From Capsulimonadaceae bacterium (GTDB lineage Bacteria; Armatimonadota; Armatimonadia; Armatimonadales; Capsulimonadaceae), in contig OZ244065.1 of NCBI GenBank assembly GCA_965215505.1, positions 4,128,001 to 4,192,000 of the forward strand: a stretch of DNA of 64,000 nt. The letters are read 5' to 3'. How positions within the stretch are numbered: position 1 is the first letter of the stretch; every line of letters starts with the position of its first letter. Shown in pieces: positions 44,189 through 55,100 of the stretch. The notes under the pieces were generated by a model. That model saw nothing but the letters and a program-made list of their open reading frames with translations, did not search any database and was not told the origin of the DNA. Both the position numbers and the translations under genes were made by a program.

Positions 44189-44902
44189 ATGGCGAAGCTG
44201 AATGCCAAACACTGCTACGAAGTCTTGGGCCTCAAGCCGGGGGCGACACTCGCCCAGGTCCGGGAAAGGCGTGGCAGACTAGCCCAGCAGTGGCACCCCG
44301 ACAAGGAGACCGACCCCGAGCGCAAGGCAGACCTGGAAGACAGGATGAAGGACATCAACAATGCCTTCGACTTCTTGAAGGCCTTCCTCTCCGGTACGCC
44401 CGTCGGGCCGTCACCGATGCACGGAACCCAGGCCGACACTCCCCCGCCGGCACCGCCAGCGAAGAAACCGTGGGAAGCGGAGGCGGAAGAGCGGCGGAAG
44501 AGGACGGCCGAGCGGGAGGCGAACGAGCGCCGGGAACAGGAGGCACAGCAGCGGAAATGGAAAGCGGACTTCGCGCGGGTGCAGGCGGAGGCCGCCCGCC
44601 TGCGTGAACAGCAGCGAGCGGAAGCCGACCGCCTGCGCGCGTGGCTCGCCCAGGAGAAAGAGCGCCAGGAACAAGGAGCGGCCCCGCGCGACCGGAGACA
44701 CGGCCCTTCACGGATGCGGCAGGAGGCGGAAGCCACCCCCCCGATACGGCAGGAACCGGAGTTCCTCTCCCGCCCGCGTGAGCCGAGGCCCCCCGCGCGA
44801 AAAGAAGAGGGGAAGCGCAGGCACATCTATCTCAGCGGGAAATGCACGAAATGCGGCAGGAGCAAGGAGCAGATCGTCGGCTATGACCTTGACTGCCTCT
44901 GA
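44189..44902 (+). CDS. DnaJ-domain protein with coiled coil and C-terminal Zn-knuckle
   Basis: CYEVLGL...WHPDK...INNAFDFL; RHIYLSGKCTKCG...C; TGGTATAAT upstream at about 44130. Confidence 0.8.
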   Translation: MAKLNAKHCYEVLGLKPGATLAQVRERRGRLAQQWHPDKETDPERKADLEDRMKDINNAFDFLKAFLSGTPVGPSPMHGTQADTPPPAPPAKKPWEAEAEERRKRTAEREANERREQEAQQRKWKADFARVQAEAARLREQQRAEADRLRAWLAQEKERQEQGAAPRDRRHGPSRMRQEAEATPPIRQEPEFLSRPREPRPPARKEEGKRRHIYLSGKCTKCGRSKEQIVGYDLDCL

Positions 44903-44925
44903 GCGCCACAGAATTCCGACACCGT

Positions 44926-45150
44926 TCAGCGGGGTCCGAAGAACCGCCTGCCCCACATCCAGACCCTCAGGCGCCACCGTCCCCCTCCCAGCCGCCCGCT
45001 TAACACCCCGAACAGGATGACGCCTAAGAAGCCGACGAGAAAGCCTTGAAGAGCGTCCCCGTGTGTCCCGTGCGCCCAATGGAACGTGAGCGCCATGATC
45101 CCCAGCCCCGCGACGACCAGTATCAAGCCCCACTGCACCCTCTGACTCAT
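44926..45150 (-). CDS. Small two-TM protein
   Basis: 74 aa with two hydrophobic segments, GGAGG upstream. Confidence 0.5.
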   Translation of the reverse strand: MSQRVQWGLILVVAGLGIMALTFHWAHGTHGDALQGFLVGFLGVILFGVLSGRLGGGRWRLRVWMWGRRFFGPR

Positions 45151-45255
45151 CCCACGATCCTCCCCCAGCCCTCCGCAGTTCTCAACATATCCTGAGACAC
45201 GGCCCGCGCCGAATAGTTGCACCCCGCGCGGACGGCCTCGGTTCATCATGCCGGC

Positions 45256-45705
45256 CTACCGAGCCGGTTTGTCGAGTGAGTCCATCGAGATTGCGGTCGA
45301 GGTGCCGCGCTTGCTGAACGAAACGTCCACCTTGTTGCTGAACCGGCTGCCGCGCGAAGCGTGATACTCTAGCGTCTCGATCCGCCCCGACGGGAGATAC
45401 TTCGCGGTGTAAACGGTCGGCTGGAATCCTCGCGCTTTGAAGTAGGCGACGAACGCCTGAACCTGGGCGCGGCCCGAGAGCCGGTTGAGGCGAGGGATTT
45501 TGTTCATCGTGGCGCGGAACCGGGCGGCCTGCTGCGGGGTCATCGTGGTGCTTTGGCTCACCAGGGGCCGCACTACGGCGGCGGGACGTCCATGAGGGGA
45601 GGGGACTGAGGCGAGGCCGGCCCCCGCGACCAGTAGGGACGCGCAGGCGATGGCTGCCGCACGGAAGGCCTCACACTGCGTGGGCTGGTGAAGGTATCGA
45701 TTCAT
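45256..45705 (-). CDS. Secreted hypothetical protein
   Basis: AGGAG RBS before MNRYLHQP; signal-like hydrophobic stretch. Confidence 0.6.
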   Translation of the reverse strand: MNRYLHQPTQCEAFRAAAIACASLLVAGAGLASVPSPHGRPAAVVRPLVSQSTTMTPQQAARFRATMNKIPRLNRLSGRAQVQAFVAYFKARGFQPTVYTAKYLPSGRIETLEYHASRGSRFSNKVDVSFSKRGTSTAISMDSLDKPAR

Positions 45706-45822
45706 GGGGTGATCTCCTGTTGATAAGAAGGTATGCCGGCGTAATACCCCGTTACACTGCACAAATCCTGCTAAGTATAATCGTGGGGCCATGATTCTTG
45801 GACCAGGCGGCTGCCTTGTGAG

Positions 45823-45862
45823 CAAAGAAGAAGGGGCCGCAGGCACCATTGCCTGCGGCCCC
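45823..45862 (-). terminator. Intrinsic terminator of a gene truncated by the IS
   Basis: 13-bp stem GGGGCCGCAGGCA-CCAT-TGCCTGCGGCCCC followed on the - strand by TTCTTCTTTG. Confidence 0.75.
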
Positions 45863-45928
45863 GTCTGCGTTTCCGGTCTAAAGGTGTCAGGCTCAGAGGC
45901 CCAGATGCGCCAGCGCATAAACTCCATA

Positions 45929-47245
45929 GATAGTGTCAAGTTGTTTCTGTAAAAGCTGGGAGCATCCTTGCTGGGCTATGGGATCGTGGTCGCCTGTTCT
46001 GTGAAGGTCAGGTAGGCTTTGCCTGCCTGCCAGTCGTCGCTGATCTCCATCAGCACGGCGCTCACCAGCCGCAGGCACGACGCCTCGTTCGGGAAGAGGC
46101 TCGCCACCCGTGTCCGACGTTTCACCTCACGGTTAAGGCGCTCCACGCCGTTGGTGGTCCGCAGCAGGCGGCGGTGCGGCTCAGGAAACGCGAACACCGT
46201 CAAGCCTTCGGGCAGGTTCTCTTCCAGCCAGGCCGCAAGCCTGGGAGCCGTCTGCTCGTACTTCTGCACCGCCCGCTTCAGCAGCGCGTCGGCTTCGGCT
46301 CTGTCCTGGGCGTTGAAGACGGCGCGGATGTCTGCGGCGACCTGTGCTTTGATGTCCTGACGTGGCACATAGGCCGAGGCGTTCTGCTGGAGGTGGAACT
46401 GGCAGCGCTGCCACGGCACGCCGCCCAGCACCGCCAAGCGCGCCGCCTTCAGCCCCTCGTGGGCGTCGCTGACGACCAGACACACGCCGCACAGCCCGCG
46501 CGAGACCAGGCTTTGCAGGAACGCGCGCCAGTGAACCTCTCGTTCGGACAGCGCCACCGAGAGGCCCAAGACAGAGCGCTTGCCCTGCGCGTCCACACCA
46601 ACGGCGATCAGCACGGCGGCGTCCTGCACCAGCCCGCCCTGGCGCACCTTCTCGTAGCGGGCGTCCAGCAGCAGGTAAGGGCACGCGGCCAGAGGGCGCT
46701 GACGCCACGCCTCCAGAGTGGCGTCGAGTTCCTTTGCCGCCTGGCTGACCTGGCCGCTGCTGACCGAAAAGCCGCAGAGCTGTTCGGTGATGGCCGCGAC
46801 CTTGCGGGTGGAGACGCCTTGGACGTACATCTCGGCCAGCGCCAGCTTCAAGGCACGCTCGGAGCGGGCGCCTTTCTCCAGGCTCTGCGGGTAGAACCCG
46901 CCCTCCCGCACCTGGGGGACGGCGACGGTGATCTGCCCCAGGCGCGTTGCCAGCGTCTTGTCTTTGTAGCCGTTGGCGTGGCCCGTGCGCCCTTCGGTGC
47001 GCTCGTGCAGAGCCGCGCCCAGGTGGTTCTGGCGCTCGATCTGCATGGCAGCATTGAGCAGGACGCGGAACAGATCGGGCAGGGCGTCCAGCCCTTGCGT
47101 CGTAAGCTGCTCCAAAAGCGGCGCAGACAGAGTAGAATCGTCGTGGTAGGTCATGGGTAGTTCCCTTGTTGTGTGGTAACTCCAAGGATACTCCCTGACC
47201 TACTATTTCAGGCCGTCACTTTTACAGAAATCATTTTACACTAAC
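45929..47245 (-). mobile_element. IS256-family insertion sequence
   Basis: 27-bp imperfect terminal IRs (45929-45955 GATAGTGTCAAGTTGTTTCTGTAAAAG vs 47219-47245, 22/27 identical) around a Mutator-type transposase. Confidence 0.93.
45976..47154 (-). CDS. IS256-family (Mutator) DDE transposase
   Basis: MYVQGVSTRKV, LLDARYEKVR, VSDAHEGL, WQRCQFH, TTNGVERLNREVKRR. Confidence 0.96.
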   Translation of the reverse strand: MTYHDDSTLSAPLLEQLTTQGLDALPDLFRVLLNAAMQIERQNHLGAALHERTEGRTGHANGYKDKTLATRLGQITVAVPQVREGGFYPQSLEKGARSERALKLALAEMYVQGVSTRKVAAITEQLCGFSVSSGQVSQAAKELDATLEAWRQRPLAACPYLLLDARYEKVRQGGLVQDAAVLIAVGVDAQGKRSVLGLSVALSEREVHWRAFLQSLVSRGLCGVCLVVSDAHEGLKAARLAVLGGVPWQRCQFHLQQNASAYVPRQDIKAQVAADIRAVFNAQDRAEADALLKRAVQKYEQTAPRLAAWLEENLPEGLTVFAFPEPHRRLLRTTNGVERLNREVKRRTRVASLFPNEASCLRLVSAVLMEISDDWQAGKAYLTFTEQATTIP

Positions 47246-47705
47246 CTCGGTCCTGTTAACTAAGCACTAGGAAGAGGTACTGGAAAAGGTGAATTGGGGC
47301 CTGGCAACATTATAAGCGCAGTGTTCCGGCAGATAATGTAGCGAAACATGAGCAATCACAAGTCGTGTCGGTCCGGAAGTCAACACATCAGGGTGTTTAT
47401 ACGCCCAGTCTTTGACGAACCTCGGTTGACGGAGTTTTGGGACTTTGTTATTGGCACTGATTTCAGTCGAAACAGGGTCTCTTCGGTAAGAGTAATTGTT
47501 GCCGTTTCTGTCGCCGTCACCTACACTGGTCGGAAGCCGCCGAAAAGGGGCGTTTTTGGTGCCTGCAACATTCTTCCCACTGGGACGATGTACCAACTGC
47601 TGCCTGCAGTGGATCGTGATTGTTCCGGGCAGCAGAAGAGCAGGATTGTCCCAGAAGTGCGAAATTGGCCCACGCCATGAAAATTGTGCCATAATGGAAC
47701 TCACC

Positions 47706-48881
47706 ATGGCAACAGCGTCACGCACTTCGGCGTCCACAAAACGGGCGAACAACACGGTTGCCAATCTGCTGCGGGACCGAATCCGGTCCGGGCACTACCA
47801 GGCCGGCGACTGGCTTCCGACCGAGCGCATTCTGGCCCAAGACCTGCACGTCGACCGGCGCGTGGTACGGGCGGCGATCAACGATCTCGTGAGCGACGGG
47901 CTGGTCAACCGCCGTCCGCACTGCCGCCCGATCGTCGGGCCACTGCCGCGTGCGTCCGCCGCACTGGGCGCGGAGCAGAAGGCACCGGTCTCCGAGTCCT
48001 CAGGCTTCGTGGCGCTCATCATGTGGCCTGGCGGCGGCGCGCTGGAACGCTTCCGGACGTCACAGGAGCGGATCTTCTGGGGCATGAACCAGGCGCTTGC
48101 GGAGGCTGGCTACCATGCGGTCTTCCTAAGCCTGGGGCAGATCGGCAGCGAGGAAGAGAATGCGGCGGGCGAGGCCGCGCACCTGCGCTACGCCCTGGAG
48201 CGCGGCTTCGGAGGCATCATCCTTTACCCCTATGCCTACCGGAGCAACCGGGCCCTCGTGGAGGAGGTGGGCCGCAAGATCCCGCTCGTCACGATCGACC
48301 GGCGGATCACGTCGCTGGAGACGGACTTCGTCGGCATCGACAACCGCCAGGCGACGTTCGACACGACCATGCACCTGGTCGCGCAGGGGCACCGCCGCAT
48401 CGCCTACGTCACGAAGAGCGAGCAGATCCGTCCCGTCCAGGACCGCGTGCAGGGCTATGTGGACGCCGTCCGGGAGGCCGGCCTCCCCGAGATCGTCCTG
48501 ACGATCCCGTCCCGGCACCGCTCTGGCGTCGGGACGGTCACGGATGCGGTTTTCCGCCTGCCGGCCGGAGAGCGCCCGACGGCCGCTGCCGTCTTCAACG
48601 ACTACTCCGCCGTCGGTCTGATGTACCACCTCGAAAAGCTTGGCCTCTCAGTGCCCGGGGACGTGGCGCTCGCGGGCCTGGACGACATTATCCCGGTCCT
48701 GCCTAACGGCGTCGGACTGACTACGATTGCACAGCCTTACGAAGAGATCGGCAAGACGGCCGTGGACCTCCTCCTGCGCCGCATGAAAGATCCGTCCGCC
48801 CCCGTGGCCGTGATCGAATTGCCCGCTGGCCTCGTGGTGCGTGAGAGCAGCAGGGCCCCGTCGCCTGATCCTCAATCCTGA
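47706..48881 (+). CDS. GntR-HTH / LacI-type sugar-binding regulator (AraR-like)
   Basis: LPTERILAQDLHVDRRVVRAA wHTH; GHRRIAY, VPGDVALAGLDD, LTTIAQP effector domain. Confidence 0.92.
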   Translation: MATASRTSASTKRANNTVANLLRDRIRSGHYQAGDWLPTERILAQDLHVDRRVVRAAINDLVSDGLVNRRPHCRPIVGPLPRASAALGAEQKAPVSESSGFVALIMWPGGGALERFRTSQERIFWGMNQALAEAGYHAVFLSLGQIGSEEENAAGEAAHLRYALERGFGGIILYPYAYRSNRALVEEVGRKIPLVTIDRRITSLETDFVGIDNRQATFDTTMHLVAQGHRRIAYVTKSEQIRPVQDRVQGYVDAVREAGLPEIVLTIPSRHRSGVGTVTDAVFRLPAGERPTAAAVFNDYSAVGLMYHLEKLGLSVPGDVALAGLDDIIPVLPNGVGLTTIAQPYEEIGKTAVDLLLRRMKDPSAPVAVIELPAGLVVRESSRAPSPDPQS

Positions 48882-49102
48882 ACCTTTCCCTGGCATTCGT
48901 CCTCCCGATCGGCTGCTCCGGGCCGCCTCGGCATTCCTCCAAAATAATCCCATTCAGTCTCTGGACCGAGAAAAAGAGAATTCTGTGTCGTCCGATGCTC
49001 CATAGATGTTCCAGATATTTCTCGCCTATTTTGGCACTATTTTGGATAGTGATATGGTAACATCAGTACCGAAAGGTGGGAGTTCGCCGAGAGGAGGGCG
49101 GG

Positions 49103-50456
49103 ATGTCGAGCGGGATTACTGAGGTTCGGGTTCAAACGCCTTAGGATACTGGATGTCGGTCGCCCGGCGGGCGCGGAGGCTCACCCAGGACGCCCTGGCC
49201 GACGCGGCGGATCTGGACCCGACGTACATCCGTAAGATCGAGATGGGGAAGAAGACGCCGTCATGGAAGGCGCTGACGCGGCTAGCGGCAGCCCTGGCCC
49301 CCGAAAATGCCGACGCGGAGACGGTTCGCGCCATCCTGAATGCCGGCCTCTGTGTCGGCCGCATCTTCGGCCGCGGTCTGGGTCGGGATGAAAACGGTGC
49401 CGCCGGACGCGGCAACAAGAGCATTTCGCTGAAAGCGTGCGGCAACGTCACCCTGCGGGACTACACGATCCAGCATGGCGGCTGGTTTGGGATCCTGGCG
49501 ACGGGCGTGGACAATCTGACGATCAATGATCTCAAGATCGACACCAACCGCGACGGCATGGGCATCGCCTGCTGCCGCAACGTCCATGTCTCCGACTGCA
49601 CCGTCAACTCGCCTTCCGACGACGGCATCTGCCCCAAAAGCTCCTACGGGCTGGGGTTCGCGCGGGCGACGGAGAACGTCACGATCACCAACTGCCAGGT
49701 CAGCGGCTACGATGAGGGCACGCTGCTGGACGGCACTCTCCAGCACACAATCCAGTCGCAGATCGGGCGAATCAAATTCGGCACCGAGTCGAACGGCGGC
49801 TTTGAGAACATCACCGTCTCGAGTTGCACCTTTGCTTACTGCCGAGGTCTGGCGCTCGAAGAAGTGGACGGCGGCAAGCTGGAAGATGTCGCGATCAGCA
49901 ACATCACGATGCCGAACGTCTTCAACTCGCCGATCTATGTGCGCCTGGGGAGCCGCCTGCGCGGACCGTCCGGGATTGTGGTCGGCGACGTCGCCCGCGT
50001 CAGCATAGCCACATGGTCATGTATGACGCCGATCCCCGCTCCTATGCGATCGTGAGCGGGGCCCCGAATTACCCGATCCGAAACGTCACGTTCAGCGACA
50101 TCGAGATGTGGTACCGGGGCGGAGGCACGGCCGCCGAGGCCGCGCGGGTGCCGCCGGAGCAGGCTAACGGCTATCCGGAGCCGGACATGCTGAGCGAGAT
50201 GCCGTCCTACGGCTTCTTTCTGCGGCACGTCTCCGGAATCACCATGCGCGGCATTCATCTGCACACGCTGACCGATGACCAGCGGCCCCCGTTCGCGCTC
50301 GACGATGTGGCCGGGGTCAACCTCTCCGGCATTGACGCGCAGCGTGCGGCAGTCGCGCCGACTTTCGCAATGACCGGCGTGACCGGGCTGACCGTCAGCC
50401 AGTCGGTCGGCGTACCCGACAAACAAGCGGCGTCTGTCCCGCATGGGACACTCTAA
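49103..50456 (+). pseudogene. Chimeric decayed locus: XRE HTH fragment fused to an N-truncated, frameshifted GH28-like pectin hydrolase
   Basis: LTQDALADAADLDPTYIRKIEMGKKTPS HTH runs into NKSISLK...TNRDG...DDGICPKSS...GRIKFGTES beta-helix; frameshifts at about 49121 and 50008. Confidence 0.8.
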
Positions 50457-50480
50457 TCTGTCCCGCATGGGACACTCTAA
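50433..50480. repeat. Perfect 24-bp tandem duplication
   Basis: TCTGTCCCGCATGGGACACTCTAA x2, containing a TGTCCC/GGGACA hairpin and the upstream stop codon. Confidence 0.95.
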
Positions 50481-50526
50481 CAGGATAGGGGCTGTGCAGT
50501 TGACACCGATTTCCGGAGAAACCTTC

Positions 50527-52089
50527 ATGACGAACACCAACAGCGGTGGTTTCACGCTTTCCGTGTGGTTTACGGCCCAGGACGTGAACAACCTGCTCGC
50601 AGACACGACCGGTCTCCAGAGCGCCGTCACCTGGTGTCAACGCCTCGGCGTCACGAAAGTCTACCTGGAAGCCTTCGGGCGGGGCCTGTATGCCGACCGC
50701 GAGGCGCTCCGGGAGGCGAAAAACAGGTTTCTGGACGAAGGCTTTCCGGTCTCGAGCGGCGTCACAACCACCAAGTTCGGGAAAGACGATTTCGGTGATG
50801 AGTGGAAAGCCCAATGCTACACCGATCCCGGGACACAGCAAGGGCTCCAGCGGATCTTTTAGTACGCTGCTTCCCTGTTCGATGAGATCATTATAGACGA
50901 TTGGTATTTCACAAATTGCAAATGCGCGGAATGTCTCGCCGCCCGTGGGGATTATACCTGGGCCAAATATTACGGCGATCTGATGGTCCGCATGAGCCGG
51001 GAACGTGTCATGCAGCCGGCCCACGCCGTCAACCCGAATGTGAAAGTCATCATCAAATACCCCCAGTGGTATGACCAGTTTCACATGCGCGGGTACGAAG
51101 TGGTCCGTCAGCCGGAAATCTTTGACGGCGTCTGGGCCGGCACCGAGGCGCGCAACTTCGATGAGGACACCACCGTGGGTTACGAGATCGGCTACAACGC
51201 TTACTTCAACATGCGGTGGCTCGGCAGTCTGGGCCATGTCGGCGGCGGCTGGTTCGATTCCGGCCGAACGACGGAACAGACCTTCGTCGAGCAGGCCCGG
51301 CATACCGTCCTCGGCGGCGGCCGGGAAATGATCCTGTGGTGCTACAGTCACTTGCAGCAGGAAACGACCGGCACGGGCGCGATTAAAGCGACCCCCGCCG
51401 CCAATGTCAAGGCGCTGGCCAAGGAACTTCCCGGACTGGCCAAACTCGCGGGAATCGTCCAGGGCAAGCCGATCCACGGCGTTCACCTGCTGAAACCGGG
51501 CAACAGTGAGCCGTTTGAGGAAGAGTGGGTGTGCAGCTTCCTGGGCAATCTAGGGATCCCATTCGTGCCGGCCAGCAAGATCGATGCCCAGGCCGCGTCC
51601 GCGGTCTTCCCGGTGCAGGCGCTGAAAGAGCCGAACTTCCTCGGCATGCTTCGCCGAATGCTCTCTCAAGGCACGCCCATCGTGATCACGGACGGGCTTG
51701 CCAAACGACTGACCGCGCACCCGGACCTGTTTCAGAATGAGAAACTGACCGTCCTGAATGTTCAGGAGAACCCCCGAGTGCTATTACAAATCACCCGCGA
51801 GGAACTCAAGCCCCTCCGGGAGAAACTGCTGGCGCCGCTGGGCCTGACGTTCGACGCGCCCAACAAAGTAGAGTTGTATCTCTTCGGGGACAGCCATTTC
51901 GTCGTGGAGAACATCAATGACGCCGCCGTGGATGTCACCCTCGGTCTGCTGCACGTCTCCACGATCCGCACCGCGCTGATCCTGCCGGAAGACGGGGGCA
52001 CGGCGGATGTTTCCCTGAGCGGCAAGAGCGTGACGATTCAAAACCTTTCGCCGCGGACGCTGGTCGCCGTGGAATATCAGTCGTCTTGA
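50527..52089 (+). pseudogene. Putative glycoside-hydrolase-like protein interrupted by one in-frame TAG
   Basis: ORFs ending at 50862 and starting at 50983 are in the same frame; reads QRIF*YAASLFDEIIIDDWYFTNCKCAEC across the stop. Confidence 0.8.
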
Positions 52090-52105
52090 AGGAGTATAAC
52101 GGACT

Positions 52106-55100
52106 GTGGTGATTCTTCGAAGCCTGCTGAGGGCGGCGCTATGGGGCGCCCTGTGTTCTGCCGTTCTATGGGCTGATGTGAGCGCAAAGGCGCAGGGGCC
52201 GGCCCACACGGCGGGAAATCCTTTTTTGCATCCGTTGTTCTCCGACAATGCCGTCCTGCAGCGTGACCGGCCGCTGCCCGTCTGGGGCTGGACAAAGCCG
52301 GGGACAACGGTCGCCGTCACACTGGACGACAGCCGCAAGCAGACCGCGGTGGCGGCGGCGGATGGCCGCTGGACCGTGACGCTCGCGCCACACCCGGCCG
52401 GCGGCCCCCACTCCCTCAGCGTGTCGGACCCGGAGACCGGCGACTCGGCCACGCGCAGCAACCTCGCGTTCGGCGATGTCTGGCTGTGCGGCGGGCAGTC
52501 CAACATGGCGTTCGACATCCGAGGCACCAACAATGCGGACGCCGAGCGGGCCGCTGCCGATCACCCGGACATCCGCCTGCTTCGGGTGCCGAACGCCATC
52601 ATCGCCGCCCCGCGGGAGAGCTTTGACGGCGCCGTCTGGCACGTCTGCTCGCCGCAGACGATCCTGGAGTTCTCGGCGGTCGGCTACTACTTCGGGCGCG
52701 ACCTCCAGCACGCCCTCAAGGTCCCCATCGGCCTAATCGATTCGACTTGGGCCGGGACTGTGGGCCAGGCGTGGGTGAGCGGCCCGGCGCTGGCGACGAT
52801 GACCGACTTCAAACCCGCAGTAGAATCCCTTTCCTTCAGCGCATCCACGCCGGGAACTTATGCCGAGCAGAAGCTCGTGTGGTGGCGGCACGACCCCGGC
52901 ACGGTCGCGCATCAGGAAGCGCCTGAATTTAATGACGCCGCCTGGCAGGCCATGACCCTGCCGGGCGCTTGGGAAGACAAGGGTTTCCCCAATTTTGACG
53001 GTGTGATGTGGTTCCGGCGGACCGTAGATGTGCCGGCGGGATGGGCCGGACGCGATCTGCGTCTGGACCTGGGCAACGTGGACGACCAGGACGCCACCTA
53101 TTGGAACGGCGCGCTCGTCGGCGCCACTGACGCTGTTCAGCAGGAGCGCCACTACACCGTGCCGGGGGCGCAGGTGAAGGCGGGGCGCAACGTCCTCGCG
53201 GTGCGCGTGCTGGACACCGGCGGCGGAGGAGGACTCCTCGGCCCCGCGCTGTCCATGAAAAGCGGGACCGAGACAGTCTCGCTCGGCGGCGCGTGGAAAG
53301 CGCATCCGGGGCCGGCGCTGCACAGCCTGCCCCCAGTCCCGCAGCAGTTGACCGACCCCGACACGCCCACGTCGCTGTTCAACGGCAAGATTGCGCCTCT
53401 GGTCCCCGCCCAGATAAAGGGCGTGATCTGGTATCAAGGCGAATCCAACGCCGACCATTCTGAGCAAGCCGTCCAATACCGGACGCTGCTGCCGCTTCTG
53501 ATCAACGACTGGCGCGCCCATTTCGGGGCGCACCTGCCCTTTTACATCGTGCAGCTGGCGAACTTCCGAAAGCCCCAGGACCAGCCGATGAGCAGTGACG
53601 TGTGGCCCTTGATGCGTGAGGCGCAATTGCAGACCTCGCAGCGTCTCCCCGACGCGCCGCTGGTCGTCACCTCCGACCTCGGCGAAGTCGACAACGTCCA
53701 CTTCCACAACAAGCAGGAGCTGGGCCGCCGCCTGGAGCTGAGCGCGCTCAACCACACCTATGGCGTCCCGGTGGAAAGCAGCGGCCCGACCCTCAAGAGC
53801 GCCAAAGCGGCGGCCGGCGTGATCCGACTGACGTTCGACCACGCGCCGGGGCTGAACCTGAAAGGGGACGTCGGCCACGTCTTCGTCGTGGCGGGTGCCG
53901 ACAAGAAGTTCCAATGGGCAACGCCGCAGATCGCGGGCCGCGTGGTGACGCTCCGCAGCGCCGCCGTCCCCGCACCACTTTATGCGCGCTTCGGCTGGTC
54001 CGACAACCCGCGCGCCTCGGTCTACAACGCCGCCGGGCTTCCGGCTTCGCCCTTCCGCACGGATCAGGACTACGTCCAGACTCAGGGGCCGGCGAAAGAT
54101 CAGGTGGAGGCAGTGTATAACGCCTGGAACGAGGCGTTCCTGGCGCAGTCGGACGGCACGGCGTATTACACGACCACGCGGCACGGCTCCGTCCCGGAAG
54201 GGACCTGGGTGGGAGCGCTGGATGTCGAGATGGCGGAGGATGTGTGCTTGCGGACGCGCACTCCGGCCCAGATGCAGCTGCTCAACGCGCTGCTGAGGAC
54301 TTTTCTCGCCCAGAACGACTTCGTCTGGTCCCAGGACACCTGGAACGACGACCTCGCGTGGATGACCCTGGCGATGCTGCACGGCTATCAGATCACGGGC
54401 AACGCGACGTTCCTGAAGAAAGCAGTTTCCGCGTGGAATATCGCCTACGACCGGGGGTGGGACACCAAATACGGCGGCGGCGGGATCTGGGAGAACATGG
54501 ACAACTTTGTCCACGGCGACGGGAGGGCCGACAAATGTTCTCTCAGCAACAATCCGTTCGTCACGGCAGGCGTGGCGCTGTATCAGATCACCGGGGACGC
54601 GGCCTACCTGACCAAGTCCGAAGCCATCTACGCCTGGGTGCGCGCCAACCTCTTCAGCACCACGACCGGCCAGGTCAACGAGGGCGTGAAATGGCCCATC
54701 GGCAACCCCACCGGCGGCTTCCTGGAGAACTCCGACAACGTCTACAACAGCGGTTCCTTCCTGGAAGCCGCCGACACCCTTTTCCGCGTGACCGGCAAGG
54801 CGCAGTATTATCAGGATGCGCGGCTGGCAGCAAACCATATCGTTGACCACATGCTCGTCCTCCATGACGGCGGCCGGTATCAGACCCAGTGGGCCTATCG
54901 GTTCGTCAAGGGGCTGAGCGAGTTCGCCACGGAAAACCATCTCTGGCCGCAGTACCTCCCGTGGATGCTCCGCAACGCCCAGGCCGCCTGGAACGCGCGG
55001 GACAGCAGCGGCCTCACCTGGAACGACTGGACCAAGCCGACCGACGACCCGAAGATCGACGCCAATGAAACCTCCAGCGCCGTCGCCGTCTGGCAGTGGC

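Noticed and set aside
47267-47700. ORFs in the region between the IS and the regulator
   Set aside because: Atypical composition and no motifs; better explained as a regulatory intergenic region
50433-50480. Possible mini-CRISPR (palindromic 24-bp repeat)
   Set aside because: Only two abutting copies, no spacer, and no cas genes in the window
50860-50862. Genome-wide amber recoding
   Set aside because: TAG terminates conserved genes such as ftsY and ccsA at the expected positions
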